From contig JAPOFX010000001.1 in NCBI GenBank assembly GCA_028283505.1, positions 137,127 to 201,126 of the forward strand: a stretch of 64,000 nucleotides of DNA, given 5' to 3'. Positions 38,744 to 49,692 of the stretch are shown here, piece after piece (the first letter of the stretch is position 1; every line of letters starts with the position of its first letter). The translations under genes were made by a program, and so were the position numbers. This DNA comes from Candidatus Poseidoniales archaeon (GTDB lineage: Archaea > Thermoplasmatota > Poseidoniia > Poseidoniales > Thalassarchaeaceae). Under the pieces are notes generated by a model, which was not told the DNA's origin, did no database searches, and saw nothing but the letters and a program-made list of their open reading frames with translations.

Positions 38744-41700
38744 ATGGCGGGACGCAGGGCGACGGTGGTCTCGTTAATCGTTCTGCTAATGTTAGTCCCA
38801 ATGGCGTCCTCAAATCTTCATCCTTCTTTTAACAAGAAAGGAGGCCAAGACGCGGACGGCGTTTGGACATCCAGCGCAGAGTTAGATCTCCATTCCGGGT
38901 GGTGGGAGCATTGGAGTAGGGACAGAGATAGAAACTCCCTAGATGATAGACTGGAGTGGATCCTTGAACAGCAAGAGGACTTCCAGAAAGATTGGTGGAA
39001 GAGAGCTGACACCGGTTTCGCAAGGGTAATTGTAGATTATAATCACCACCCATCTGATGCGGATGTTTCGGCGCTAGAAGGATTAGGTGTGGAAGTCACA
39101 TTCCGCCCGAAATATTTGGATTCAGTAATAGCAACAGCTCCCATCCAATCAATCACCTCCTCAGAAGGCATCCGTTCGCTCACTGGGGTTGTGATGATAG
39201 AGGATTTGGGATTAGCAGAACCCCACATGGCCGAGGCCATCCCAAACATGGGGGTAGATCTTGTCTGGAACGATTTTGGTTTTGATGGAACCGGCTCCGT
39301 AGTAGCTGTTCTGGACACGGGAGTCAGAGGAGACCACGAGGGCTTGAACGATATGGATGATGAGCCATTTACAACAGGTTGCGAGCAACCTAGCCCGGAT
39401 CCTCTGGACCCGAACCCGATCTTCGTCGATTGCGATCCAAAGATTATAGCATTCTATGACGCAGTCTTGATGGACGCAGAACAAGATCCATCGTCATCTT
39501 ATGATTCTGGCACCCATGGAACACACGTAGCCGGGATTGCTGCTGGAACTGGAGGAGGGCAAGCAGACCCTTCAACCGGTCAGAGGCATGTTGGAGCTGC
39601 CCCCGGGGCCTTTTTGATCAATATCTTGGCGTGTTGTGACGGGGATATCGAGGATGTAATTCAAGGCGCACAATGGGCAATCGAAAACAAAGACAAGTAC
39701 GGTATCGACATTTTGACCTCATCTCTCGGGGAACAACAACTAGAAGTCCATTTTGACAATGATGGAAGCTCAGCATGGAGTAGGCAGATGGACGCAGTGG
39801 TGGAGGCAGGGATAATTACAACTCTGTCTGCCGGGAATGAGTTTGGGGGAGCCACTTTTGCTGGCTGCAATACAATAGACAGCCCTGGTGATGCCCAACT
39901 TCCGGTTACTGTAGCCAGCCTGGATAAGGATCTAGGACTAGCAATATACAGTAGTAGAGGATACACTTCAGATGGCAGGGTGAAGCCCGATGTGGCTACA
40001 ATCGGATCGAACATCATGGCTCCTGATGCCGCAACAAGTGATGGCTACACGTCAAAGTCAGGAACTAGCATGGCAACCCCACTGATGGCGGGAATTGCCG
40101 CGCTGATGGTTGAAGCTAATCCTGATATCACTCCCGCTGAATTCAAAGATATCATATCTGCACACTCAATTGAGAGAGACCTGCAACTCTTGGATGATCC
40201 GGGTTTTAACGACTGCAGTCTCTTGGAGACACGTCCAGATAACGAGTTCGGATATGGTCAGGCAGACCCAATAGCTTTCGTAGAAGCCGCTGGTAGTATT
40301 GACAGGACACTGAATGTTTCGATGAATCTCGAGACCCTGCAGGAGATTGGAAACCAGTCATATGTCTCTGGTACAGCCTCTGGAGTTGCTCCCGGAATGG
40401 GCATCGTAGAAGTAAGAGTGGGAGGAGGGGATTGGAAAGGAGCCGCCGACATAAAGGGAGATTGGAGTGAATGGAGAGTAAAGCTTGATCCCCATTTAGA
40501 ATCTGGAAATTCTACGATTTATGCCAGACTTGTAGTTTCAGAGGACAGTATTTCGCCAGTAGACGCAAGGAGGGTCATCTTGGTAGATGGAGATGCTTCT
40601 GATGCGATGTCGGGAGATTTTATGCAATTCGGACTCTCTGTATTCTTGTTCCCATTTTTGTGTGCCGTAGCACTAATTTCATTCGTTGCTCTCAGGGAAA
40701 GGTGGGACAAGAAGATCGACCTCTCGACAAAGAGCTCTGATTCAACGTCTAAGTTTAGGAAAACTCTAGAAGCTGTTAATCCCCTTCACTATCCAGGTTA
40801 TCTTGGATCAGCTGTTGAGTCTTGGAAAGGAGGGAAGTCACTTACCGAGAACCAATTCAGAAGGTATGTCTCACTTTCTATCCTGTACACTGCTCAAGGA
40901 CTTCCACAGGGATTCACCTACGTGGCGTTTCCTGCATTCCTGGCTGTTAACGATGTCAGTCCAGTCGCCATAGCACAACTCTGGGCAGCAATAGCATTGC
41001 CATGGACATTCAAATTTGTATGGGGCCCGATGGTGGACGGTATTCAAGCTCCTGACTACGGTAGAAGGAGGCCATGGATTTTATTTGCACAGACAGGCAT
41101 GGTGGTAACACTAGGGTCCTTGCTCTTTGTTTCCGATTTGGCTCAATCCATACAATTAGTAACTTTGATGCTTTTCATCCACAATCTCTTCTCATCTTTA
41201 CAAGATGTGGGTGTCGACGCACTAGCTGTAGACGTATTACAGCCAGACGAAGTTGCCAAGGCGAATGGATTCATGTTTGCCGCCAAGAGAGCGGGATACA
41301 TCCTTGGTGGAGCGATACTTGGAATAATGGCCACTAAATTTGGCATCAAATCAGCCATAGTGATTCAACTCCCATTGTTAGTAATTATCATGGCACTCCC
41401 ATTGTTCCTAAGAGAGAGGCCAGGAGACAAGCTCTTCCCATGGAGTGCCGCGCGAAGATCCAGCCTTTGGGATGCTCAAGAACAGAATTCTGATGAGAAT
41501 GAAGATGAAAGCTCGGACAATACTGTGTTAGAGATTCCATGGATGGAAAATGGGGAAGAAGATCCCTACAGAGCTGCAAATTGGACCGCAAGGAACTTAA
41601 TCTCAAGAAAAATCACTCTCCCTGCGGCTGTCCTTTGGGTATCAATTGTGCTTATTCTTCTGGGGATGGTAGTTTATATCGGAGGTGTGTTACTTGAGGA

Positions 41701-42559
41701 GAACTGGCGAGATCGCCCCGTTTTATTCATGGACATAGTAGATTTCGCAGTGGTATCTCTCTCCGCAGTAGTGATACTACAGCTATCCCAGAAATTAGGT
41801 CTAAGACTCCCCATGGTCCCAAATCCTTTTTCCAACGCAATGACGGGGCCTGCTGTTACGTCATACAATATCGTGAAAGGTTTCTCATTAAGGTCCTCTT
41901 TCCTACTCATATTCCTCTGCCTTCTCTCGGAACTGTATCTTTTTGTCGACCCCATCGTGCTTGATATTTTCATCAATGAGGCTGGCTGGGAGATGGACAA
42001 ATACAGCGCTGTTATGGGAGGTATTGTGATTGCTTTCCTGATGGCGGGGCAGTTGATAGGTGGATTCTTGGGCGATAGATTCGGCGTCAGGGAGGTTGCA
42101 ATGATAGGATTCACACTCTTGGCTCTGGCTAATGCGGGGCTGGCTCTGTTGCAGGGATATTGGGAGAATACAACCATCATGGTTGCCTACCTTTGCCTTA
42201 GAGCAATTATCAATGGATTGGCTTGGATCTCAATTATATCCGTATCTATGCGCCTCACCTACAGCAAAGCTGGTGGCACCCAATTTACAGCATACATGTC
42301 GATGTTCAATCTCTCCGGGGTAATCGCACTTAGTTTAACGGGGAAGGCGATTGAAATTATGGATTACATCTCAGCCTTGTATCTTGGAGCCGCGCTAACC
42401 CTGATGACTGTGATATTCCTTGTGTTCATTGACCCTGACGAGTGTGATAGGGTACTAGAAGGAAGGCTAGAGGGGGGGGATGGAGAAGTTTACGAGGCTG
42501 ACATGGGAGAGGTTCCCGGCTGGTGGGAGGATGAAGAACCGGATGCTGTCGCTTCATGA
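38744..42559 (+). CDS. S8 subtilase fused to an AmpG-like MFS transporter
   Basis: Signal peptide; VLDTG / HGTHVAG / GTSMATP triad; TM linker; LYTAQGLP, LPWTFKFVWGPMVD..GRRRPW, QDVGVDALAV, GTQFTAYMS. Confidence 0.9.
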   Translation: MAGRRATVVSLIVLLMLVPMASSNLHPSFNKKGGQDADGVWTSSAELDLHSGWWEHWSRDRDRNSLDDRLEWILEQQEDFQKDWWKRADTGFARVIVDYNHHPSDADVSALEGLGVEVTFRPKYLDSVIATAPIQSITSSEGIRSLTGVVMIEDLGLAEPHMAEAIPNMGVDLVWNDFGFDGTGSVVAVLDTGVRGDHEGLNDMDDEPFTTGCEQPSPDPLDPNPIFVDCDPKIIAFYDAVLMDAEQDPSSSYDSGTHGTHVAGIAAGTGGGQADPSTGQRHVGAAPGAFLINILACCDGDIEDVIQGAQWAIENKDKYGIDILTSSLGEQQLEVHFDNDGSSAWSRQMDAVVEAGIITTLSAGNEFGGATFAGCNTIDSPGDAQLPVTVASLDKDLGLAIYSSRGYTSDGRVKPDVATIGSNIMAPDAATSDGYTSKSGTSMATPLMAGIAALMVEANPDITPAEFKDIISAHSIERDLQLLDDPGFNDCSLLETRPDNEFGYGQADPIAFVEAAGSIDRTLNVSMNLETLQEIGNQSYVSGTASGVAPGMGIVEVRVGGGDWKGAADIKGDWSEWRVKLDPHLESGNSTIYARLVVSEDSISPVDARRVILVDGDASDAMSGDFMQFGLSVFLFPFLCAVALISFVALRERWDKKIDLSTKSSDSTSKFRKTLEAVNPLHYPGYLGSAVESWKGGKSLTENQFRRYVSLSILYTAQGLPQGFTYVAFPAFLAVNDVSPVAIAQLWAAIALPWTFKFVWGPMVDGIQAPDYGRRRPWILFAQTGMVVTLGSLLFVSDLAQSIQLVTLMLFIHNLFSSLQDVGVDALAVDVLQPDEVAKANGFMFAAKRAGYILGGAILGIMATKFGIKSAIVIQLPLLVIIMALPLFLRERPGDKLFPWSAARRSSLWDAQEQNSDENEDESSDNTVLEIPWMENGEEDPYRAANWTARNLISRKITLPAAVLWVSIVLILLGMVVYIGGVLLEENWRDRPVLFMDIVDFAVVSLSAVVILQLSQKLGLRLPMVPNPFSNAMTGPAVTSYNIVKGFSLRSSFLLIFLCLLSELYLFVDPIVLDIFINEAGWEMDKYSAVMGGIVIAFLMAGQLIGGFLGDRFGVREVAMIGFTLLALANAGLALLQGYWENTTIMVAYLCLRAIINGLAWISIISVSMRLTYSKAGGTQFTAYMSMFNLSGVIALSLTGKAIEIMDYISALYLGAALTLMTVIFLVFIDPDECDRVLEGRLEGGDGEVYEADMGEVPGWWEDEEPDAVAS

Positions 42560-42809
42560 TCACCTAAAGTCCGCGAATACGGACTTCCTATTTTTCAGCC
42601 AGACTGTATGTCCATACTGCGTCAGAGCTGCTATGACTCTTAAGGCGAAAAATTTCACATATACTGAGGTCAACCTTGATAGATTCGAAGGCCTGAGAGG
42701 TGAAGTAGTATCGAAGACAGGACATAGGACTGTTCCGGTGGTCTTTGACCTACGTGGGACTGAACCAATTTTTGTGGGAGGTTCGGACCATCTCATTGAC
42801 TATCTGTGA
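42543..42809 (+). CDS. Glutaredoxin
   Basis: CPYC, TGHRTVP, FVGGSD; start approximate. Confidence 0.88.
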   Translation: MLSLHDHLKSANTDFLFFSQTVCPYCVRAAMTLKAKNFTYTEVNLDRFEGLRGEVVSKTGHRTVPVVFDLRGTEPIFVGGSDHLIDYL

Positions 42810-43401
42810 TATTTTCAGCTATGGAAGATATCATGTCCCTCATTTCTTCAAATTGGCCTAAATTTACCATGTGGCCCTTTTTGTGCTGAAACCTGGTGAC
42901 AGGCCATCCAGATTCTTCGAATATCTCGATATGTTCCATGCCTGCGTCAAGTGAAACTAAATGATCGCTTTCTCCATGCATCCAAATTACCGGTCGCGGC
43001 TTTAGAAATGGAAGCGAATCCCTCAATTCATCAGGTCTTGCGGTCTTTGTAGCAATCAATATCAGCCCGACAATTGAATTACTTGCCTCAGTCTCTAGTA
43101 AGGCCGATGCCATCGCACCTCCTTGCGAGAATCCCCCAACAATTATTGGACCATCGGGCAGTATCTCTAAGATTGCAGAAATTGACTCTTCCATTTGATT
43201 TAATGACTCATCCCTGGTGACGCCGTCTTCGAAAAGCCACCATGCAAAACCCCCTCTTGTGGGGTGTCTGATTTTCGCTTGCGGACACAAAGTCGACCAT
43301 CCTTTCGGGGTCAGGCTTCTCGCAAGATTCTCCATTTTCTGAGACGTGCCGGTCATTCCATGCATCATAATGAGCGTACCCTTGCTCATGCGATCACTCA
43401 T
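42793..43401 (-). CDS. Alpha/beta hydrolase (carboxylesterase/phospholipase type)
   Basis: HG, GFSQGG nucleophile elbow, HGESD, GH. Confidence 0.88.
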   Translation of the reverse strand: MSDRMSKGTLIMMHGMTGTSQKMENLARSLTPKGWSTLCPQAKIRHPTRGGFAWWLFEDGVTRDESLNQMEESISAILEILPDGPIIVGGFSQGGAMASALLETEASNSIVGLILIATKTARPDELRDSLPFLKPRPVIWMHGESDHLVSLDAGMEHIEIFEESGWPVTRFQHKKGHMVNLGQFEEMRDMISSIAENITDSQ

Positions 43402-44360
43402 AGATTCCATTGGAAAACCAATGCCCCAGCAACTTTGAGGTGGATGTATGAGGATTGGCCACGAACCGTGACTGTGAGTGAGTAATCCCCTGAGTTGGAA
43501 GGAATAGTGCCTATCGCTCCCTTCTCAGTCGCTCCAGACCCCCATGCACGAGTCAGGGGAGAGGCTCCGGCATGGTCTTTCATTGTCAGGGAGCCAGATG
43601 ACGCACCGTTAGATGCTATCTCGACGTCAAGATACCAAACCAAGGTGCCCCAATCTCCTTCTGTTGGATGTCCATCATCAAAAAATGAGTCATATATTTC
43701 CTGATCATTCTCCTCATAAAGCCGATCAATTAAGTCTCTAGCCCTGTAGAAGAACACATCCCCCTGATAGTCCGATCTGGCGACATTTAGATTCATTCGT
43801 AATTGATTCTGCCCATCAGAGTCTTCCCATACCAGCCTTTCTAGGAATCCATCACTTCCGCTAAATGTATACTGCAATTCATGGCCCTCTGAGGATTCCG
43901 CACTAACTCTGGCATTCCCATTGTTTATTGAAACAGTAGTAGCACTCCATTCTTGGCCAAATAGAATGAATGACCATTGATCACCAACAGTCCATGGAAA
44001 TGAGAATACTTGTTGCGGTATTCCATTTTCGTATACAGATAGTCCATCAATTGTCATTCTTCCGAGAAATGGATTATGGTTAATCACTGCGTGCCTCTGT
44101 GCCTCTCTCTCTGAAGAAATTCCGACTTGATAATCCCCTGATTCGTTGTCTATCTCTGCAACAACTAACCTCGCGCTGTCTTCTCCAAATTGTGGTGTAA
44201 TAAACGTGTATAGCCAATTGTTCCCAACTTCCCACTCAGGGAGGAGTATGTCTCCATTGGTAGTTTCTCCCGATTGTCCTGAGTCCCCAGTCTCAATGCA
44301 ACCGGCGAGAATGCACATCAACAACAAACAAGCCATCCCAACCGCAGACCTGCCTCTCAT
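43398..44360 (-). CDS. Hypothetical beta-rich lipoprotein
   Basis: Lipobox [16 protein letters not shown] and FPWTVGDQW motifs. Confidence 0.7.
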   Translation of the reverse strand: MRGRSAVGMACLLLMCILAGCIETGDSGQSGETTNGDILLPEWEVGNNWLYTFITPQFGEDSARLVVAEIDNESGDYQVGISSEREAQRHAVINHNPFLGRMTIDGLSVYENGIPQQVFSFPWTVGDQWSFILFGQEWSATTVSINNGNARVSAESSEGHELQYTFSGSDGFLERLVWEDSDGQNQLRMNLNVARSDYQGDVFFYRARDLIDRLYEENDQEIYDSFFDDGHPTEGDWGTLVWYLDVEIASNGASSGSLTMKDHAGASPLTRAWGSGATEKGAIGTIPSNSGDYSLTVTVRGQSSYIHLKVAGALVFQWNL

Positions 44361-44407
44361 GGCGATGCGACAGGGGGCGCAGTCAAGAGACTGACGCTTT
44401 TTTTTAA

Positions 44408-46471
44408 TCACAGTAACCCGGCGATAACAACTGAAACAATTGACATTAGCTTAATTAAAATGTTCAGTGAGGGCCCGCTAGTATCCTTGAATGGATCACC
44501 TATTGTGTCTCCGACAACTGCCGCGGAGTGAGCTTCGTCTCCTTTCTCGGCACCGGGTATCTCGCCTTGCTCAATCGCCTTCTTGGCATTGTCCCATGCG
44601 CCTCCTGCATTGGCCATGAATAGTGCCATAAGGACCCCGGTGGCTGTTGCGCCAGCCAGAGTTCCACCGAGCGCTGCGGGTCCGAGAATGATTCCGATTA
44701 TCACAGGACTCATTATTGCAACTAATCCTGGTAGGACCATCTCACGAAGAGCCGCTTGTGTCGAAATATCGACGCAAGTTGCACTGTCCGGTTCAACTCC
44801 ATCACGACCTTCCAATAGTCCATCAATCTCCCTAAATTGCCTACGAATCTCAGTAATCATGTCTTCTGCTGCACGCCCAACAGATTTCATTGTCATGGCA
44901 GCCACTACGAATGGCAGGGCGCCACCGATTAGTAGTCCTATGACGACATCCGGCTCAGTCAAGGAAAGATCTGCGGCCTCAAGTCCTGCACTGGTTTTGT
45001 ATGCAGCGAATAGTGCCAAGGCGGTTAAAGCGGCACTGCCAATAGCGAATCCTTTCCCAATCGCAGCGGTTGTGTTCCCGATAGAATCTAGTCCGTCTGT
45101 GATATCTCTAACTTGCTTTCCTAGGCCTGACATTTCTGCAATACCTCCAGCGTTGTCTGCGACAGGCCCATATGCATCAACAGTCATTGTAACTCCAACT
45201 GTTCCAAGCATCCCCATTGCGGCCATTGCAATGCCGTACAAGCCTGCATCTCCACCTCCCATCACATCATTAGCGCCATAGATACCTGCGGCCATTAGAA
45301 GTACTGGGATGAATACGGATTGCATCCCCACTGCAAGGCCAGCGATTGCATTTGTCGCACTTCCTGTCTTCGAGGCCTCTCCAATGTAAGGAATTGCTTC
45401 AACCTTTATTCCGAAAACCGGTTCGATTCCTGTGTAGTATTCAGTTACCAAACCAATCAGGATACCCACGAGTGATCCAATCGCCACAGCGTAGATTACT
45501 TTAGTCTCCAAATCTAGGTAGTCTAGAGCGAGATATCCTCCTCCGATAAACAATGCAGCACCAATGAAAGTTGTGTTTCGTAATGCTGCGCCAGGGTCCA
45601 TGTTCTTCATCGCGGTAATCGAAAAGACTCCAATTATGGAAGCGACGTAACCGACAACAGCTAGGACAATTGGAATCATCAGATACTCGTCACCCAGAGT
45701 CTCCGAGCTAGCAGCAGCGATTACCATTGCAGCGATGATGCTACCAACGAAGGACTCGAAGATGTCCGCACCCATGCCAGCTACGTCTCCTACATTGTCG
45801 CCGACGTTATCAGCAATTACTCCGGGATTTCTGGGATCATCCTCTGGGATTCCCGCTTCTACCTTCCCGACGAGGTCTGCCCCGACATCTGCGGCTTTCG
45901 TGTAAATTCCTCCACCGACTCTGGCGAATAGAGCAATAGAAGAAGCACCCATTCCAAATCCAGCAATATTACCAACCGTAAGGAATCCGTCACCATCGGA
46001 TGGGCCAGTCAAGAAATACATTAGAGATATCCCGAATAGTCCTAGCCCGCCGACCGCCAAGCCCATGACAGCACCGCCGTTGTAAGAAGTAGTGAGGGCA
46101 GCGGCCTGGCCACCATTTGCAGCAGCTTGGGCAGTTCGTCCATTAGCGCTCGTGGCCGACTGCATACCACTGAATCCTGCAGCAACGCTGCAAAAAGCAC
46201 CGATAATGAAGGCAACCATGGTCTCGAAACCAAGGCCGTTCTCTTCACCACCGAACAGTAGTAGTGCAGATACCACTGCAATGAAAACAGCTAACATCCT
46301 ATATTCAGCCATAAGGAAGGCCATTGCGCCATCCTGTATTCTACCTGTTATTGTAGCTACAGTCTTGTCCTCAATCTCAATTGAATCGACTTTCTTGTAA
46401 AGCATGAATGCGATAAGTAGGCCAAATATTCCTACTCCCATTCCAATTGTTCCTAGTGTATCTCCTTCCAT
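44408..46471 (-). CDS. hppA: Membrane-bound pyrophosphatase, K+-dependent, probably Na+-pumping
   Basis: [51 protein letters not shown]. Confidence 0.95.
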   Translation of the reverse strand: MEGDTLGTIGMGVGIFGLLIAFMLYKKVDSIEIEDKTVATITGRIQDGAMAFLMAEYRMLAVFIAVVSALLLFGGEENGLGFETMVAFIIGAFCSVAAGFSGMQSATSANGRTAQAAANGGQAAALTTSYNGGAVMGLAVGGLGLFGISLMYFLTGPSDGDGFLTVGNIAGFGMGASSIALFARVGGGIYTKAADVGADLVGKVEAGIPEDDPRNPGVIADNVGDNVGDVAGMGADIFESFVGSIIAAMVIAAASSETLGDEYLMIPIVLAVVGYVASIIGVFSITAMKNMDPGAALRNTTFIGAALFIGGGYLALDYLDLETKVIYAVAIGSLVGILIGLVTEYYTGIEPVFGIKVEAIPYIGEASKTGSATNAIAGLAVGMQSVFIPVLLMAAGIYGANDVMGGGDAGLYGIAMAAMGMLGTVGVTMTVDAYGPVADNAGGIAEMSGLGKQVRDITDGLDSIGNTTAAIGKGFAIGSAALTALALFAAYKTSAGLEAADLSLTEPDVVIGLLIGGALPFVVAAMTMKSVGRAAEDMITEIRRQFREIDGLLEGRDGVEPDSATCVDISTQAALREMVLPGLVAIMSPVIIGIILGPAALGGTLAGATATGVLMALFMANAGGAWDNAKKAIEQGEIPGAEKGDEAHSAAVVGDTIGDPFKDTSGPSLNILIKLMSIVSVVIAGLL

Positions 46472-46549
46472 GTGGTATCAACCCGTATCGGTCCGGCGAC
46501 AAAAGTCCCACTTATAATTCAAGCCGTAAAATAACACAATTAGGTACAA

Positions 46550-47452
46550 CTACGACATATGTCTCTGTATGACATCGGCAAAAGCCTCCAGAACTCCAGC
46601 CCCATCGTGATCTTTCTGAAAGGAGAGCATCTCCGCTTCAGTGATATGCCCCCACTCAAATGCTCTCTGAATTCTATGCCTGGCGGCCTCAGGATGGAAC
46701 TGGACCCCCCATGCAGGCATCTTGCGTTGGCGTGAATCTACTACTCTTACAGCAGTAACATGATTATGTTCGGCGGACCCCAAGAGAATGCAATTTTCAG
46801 GGACTGTAATCACATGATCCTGATGAGAATAAACTACCTCTGGGCCTCTACCACTTTGCCATCTGGACTCAAATAACTCATCCGACATGCCATCCTCATT
46901 CAATACCATCTCCCATATTCCACTCGACATTTTTTCTGCTCGTGTGACTTCCGAACCTAATGATTTGCAAAGAAGCTGATGACCAAAACAAATACCCAGA
47001 GTCGGAGATCCCGAGGTTGCTGCCACCCTCATTAAAGAAGACGCACTTTCCATCCATCCCTCCCACATCGTGACATTCCTTCTAGAACCAGAACAAACTA
47101 CCGCGTCCACGCCTAAATTACTCAACCAATGTAACATTCCCGCGTCATCCAAACCAATCGGCAGAGCAATTCTGGAAAATTTGGCTGTGTTCTCACCCAT
47201 TGTTACTTTGCAACTTCTCCAAAATTCGTATTCATCGTCCCATTCTGGAACGTCGTTACGATCGATGAAGAATAGTCCTTCATCTGCTGCTTTACGTCCA
47301 GATTCAAGTGACTGCATCTGAGGGGTCAGGAGAAAAACATCTACATTTCCAAACTCCGCAATTGGCTGGATGACCTCTTGATTCCCTCCGTGTCCGAACT
47401 CCGATCTTTCTACCAGAAGGTCCAGAAGTAGGACTCTGACGTTGCGGTTCAT
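46550..47452 (-). CDS. Type 1 glutamine amidotransferase-like protein
   Basis: GICFGHQ, HQD, GVQFHPE. Confidence 0.85.
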   Translation of the reverse strand: MNRNVRVLLLDLLVERSEFGHGGNQEVIQPIAEFGNVDVFLLTPQMQSLESGRKAADEGLFFIDRNDVPEWDDEYEFWRSCKVTMGENTAKFSRIALPIGLDDAGMLHWLSNLGVDAVVCSGSRRNVTMWEGWMESASSLMRVAATSGSPTLGICFGHQLLCKSLGSEVTRAEKMSSGIWEMVLNEDGMSDELFESRWQSGRGPEVVYSHQDHVITVPENCILLGSAEHNHVTAVRVVDSRQRKMPAWGVQFHPEAARHRIQRAFEWGHITEAEMLSFQKDHDGAGVLEAFADVIQRHMS

Positions 47453-47511
47453 AGCACCCGGAAGAAGCGATTGTTTGAAAGGCTCCCGCTTGTTCAGGCA
47501 CACGAGTGAGC

Positions 47512-47790
47512 ATGGTCGACAAACAGGTAATCCTTGATTCAGTGGGTCCTGTTCAGGCTGTACTCGATGCCCATGATGGTGTTGTAAATGTAATTGATAC
47601 TACAGGAGGGGTGATTTCGATATCTCTGGAGGGAGGGTGTACGGGATGTAGTGCCACCCCTATGACTGCAATGCAAATCTACTACTCCCTGATGAAGCTG
47701 GAACAAGTGAACGACGTGATATTCGTAAACGGTGAGTTACCAGCCTACATGAGGGCGTTCATTGATGACAAGATTGGCGGGGAGTCTTAG
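47512..47790 (+). CDS. NifU C-terminal (Nfu) Fe-S scaffold-like protein
   Basis: L.AHDG, LEGGCTGCSATPMT. Confidence 0.8.
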   Translation: MVDKQVILDSVGPVQAVLDAHDGVVNVIDTTGGVISISLEGGCTGCSATPMTAMQIYYSLMKLEQVNDVIFVNGELPAYMRAFIDDKIGGES

Positions 47791-48125
47791 TCCCGTTCTT
47801 TCCTCATCTTCATTATTTCGTGAGGGTTAGTTTCTCCTTGGACATCCTTACCCTTCAGACTCATTGATGCAGATATCGCCACGACGACTGCCACTAGTGC
47901 CATAGGTAGTGCGACATTCCCTGATCCCCATAATTCTCCTCCCATGAAATTAAACACAACCAGTAGAAGAGCCGCAGTCACACACAAGAGAGCTATGCTT
48001 CTCTGTGCAAAAACCTCTCCTGTTACGCTCCTTGAGAAAGTTCCTATTGACATCCAAAGGATTACGGATAATCCACACATTGTAAGTGAAACTGTCTCGA
48101 CGACCTCAACAAACGCGTCTGTCAT
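47787..48125 (-). CDS. Hypothetical membrane protein (3 TM)
   Basis: Hydrophobic ORF filling the gap; GGAGG 2 nt upstream of the ATG. Confidence 0.65.
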   Translation of the reverse strand: MTDAFVEVVETVSLTMCGLSVILWMSIGTFSRSVTGEVFAQRSIALLCVTAALLLVVFNFMGGELWGSGNVALPMALVAVVVAISASMSLKGKDVQGETNPHEIMKMRKERD

Positions 48126-48224
48126 GTCCTCCCTAGAGTGTCAATACTTGTGAGGGTTGGGGGAGTTTGTTTACTGCACGGGATATAACGAACCTTCAAC
48201 AAAGGTGAGCTACTAGGTGACATC

Positions 48225-48449
48225 ATGGGTGTGCTACGCGGACTATCTTTGGCCCTGATTGTTATTCTTCCGGCATTCATCCTAGGATTCATAGCGTATC
48301 TTCTGACTGGAGAATTTCTGGTCGGTGGGACCTCAGATATAACAGAATGGGAAACGTGGATGTACGTGCCTTGCTATGGAGTTCCCCTATTTTGCCTAGT
48401 TGTAGCGTTCATATTTGGCATGAGGTCAGGTCGGGTGGAAGACCAGTGA
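48225..48449 (+). CDS. Small 2-TM membrane protein
   Basis: AGGTGA upstream; GTGA overlap with nth. Confidence 0.65.
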   Translation: MGVLRGLSLALIVILPAFILGFIAYLLTGEFLVGGTSDITEWETWMYVPCYGVPLFCLVVAFIFGMRSGRVEDQ

Positions 48450-49087
48450 GAAGATTGGATAAGGCCAAAATGATAGGTGAGCAATTAGACTCCTTGTACC
48501 CTGAAACCCCGGTCCCCTTAGATCACAAAGACCCCTACACACTGTTGGTCGCAGTAATGTTATCCGCTCAGACCACAGATAAGAAGGTAAACGAGGTCAC
48601 TCCCTTTCTTTTCGATCTCGCAGATAGCCCACAAAAAATGGCAATGATGGAGGTTGAAGAGATCCACTCGATAATCAGGGAAATAGGACTCGCCCCCACT
48701 AAGGCGAGGAATCTAAAAAAGATGGCACAACAAATAATCCAGTCCGGAGGGGCAATTCGTCCAGATTGGGAGTTCCTCGAATCCTTGGCAGGGGTCGGTC
48801 ATAAAACAGCCGGTGTAGTGATGTCCCAAGCCTTTGGAATCCCTGCATTTCCCGTTGATACTCACATACACAGACTAGCAGACAGATGGGGGCTTTCAAA
48901 CGGAAAGAATGTTGCTAAGACTGAGTACGATCTGAAGAAGGTCTTCCCGGAAGACACTTGGAATCGTAGGCACCTGCAGATAATTTTCTTCGGTAGGGAA
49001 TACTGTCCAGCAAGAGGGCATGACCTATCCGAGTGTCCGATTTGCTCATGGGCGGCCACAAAAAAGCGGATAAAGGAAGGCAGGTGA
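48446..49087 (+). CDS. nth: Endonuclease III
   Basis: LLVAVMLSAQTTD, HhH LAGVGHKTA, PVDTHIHR, C-x6-C-x2-C Fe-S-type motif. Confidence 0.93.
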   Translation: MRRLDKAKMIGEQLDSLYPETPVPLDHKDPYTLLVAVMLSAQTTDKKVNEVTPFLFDLADSPQKMAMMEVEEIHSIIREIGLAPTKARNLKKMAQQIIQSGGAIRPDWEFLESLAGVGHKTAGVVMSQAFGIPAFPVDTHIHRLADRWGLSNGKNVAKTEYDLKKVFPEDTWNRRHLQIIFFGREYCPARGHDLSECPICSWAATKKRIKEGR

Positions 49088-49091
49088 TACA

Positions 49092-49667
49092 ATGTTAATC
49101 TTCAGAGGTAGAATTACATCTGTTGGATTCGACTCTGGAAATTCGATCGTGATAGGGGACTGGGTGGAATCGCCTCTCGGTAACTTCACAAATATCATGT
49201 GGTCTAAACCAGACGGTACAAGAATCCTACTCTCACCCTCTCAAAAACACGCCGATTTCGTATCATCACTCTATTCATTCGATGAGGTTTCAATTGTCGA
49301 TTTCGATACAAGACGGGGAAAGCGTGGGATTAAGGTGTTTACCGATAAACTTTCCATATCTGTGTACTGGGGATTTAGATTCTTAATTCCAGTTCCAAGG
49401 CCATTGTGGTTTATTTCCAGTGTAGAGAATTTCTTTGGAAAAATGATATTTGGGTCTTCTACCTACGGAAGAGCTCGTGATGGGAGCAGGGAATGGTATT
49501 CAATTAGGGGTTTTTCAAGAGTTATTTCTGCTGAGGCAAAACTCTCAAAACAGAACTTGGGAATGATGACCTACACAGATTTTCCTGAGAAGTTTGGATT
49601 TAGTAGTCCTCCAAGGATTCCAAGCAGTATTGAGGTACACTCACATATTGATAGAGACAAGGTTTGA
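49092..49667 (+). CDS. Hypothetical protein
   Basis: Tightly packed after nth; no recognisable family. Confidence 0.6.
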   Translation: MLIFRGRITSVGFDSGNSIVIGDWVESPLGNFTNIMWSKPDGTRILLSPSQKHADFVSSLYSFDEVSIVDFDTRRGKRGIKVFTDKLSISVYWGFRFLIPVPRPLWFISSVENFFGKMIFGSSTYGRARDGSREWYSIRGFSRVISAEAKLSKQNLGMMTYTDFPEKFGFSSPPRIPSSIEVHSHIDRDKV

Positions 49668-49692
49668 TGAACCTAACAGTGTATTCAGCCAT

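Noticed and set aside
44583..45281. 232-aa plus-strand ORF and other long antisense ORFs (1365-1898, 15986-16582, 25961-26572, 41674-42180)
   Set aside because: They lie opposite well-supported genes and have no motifs
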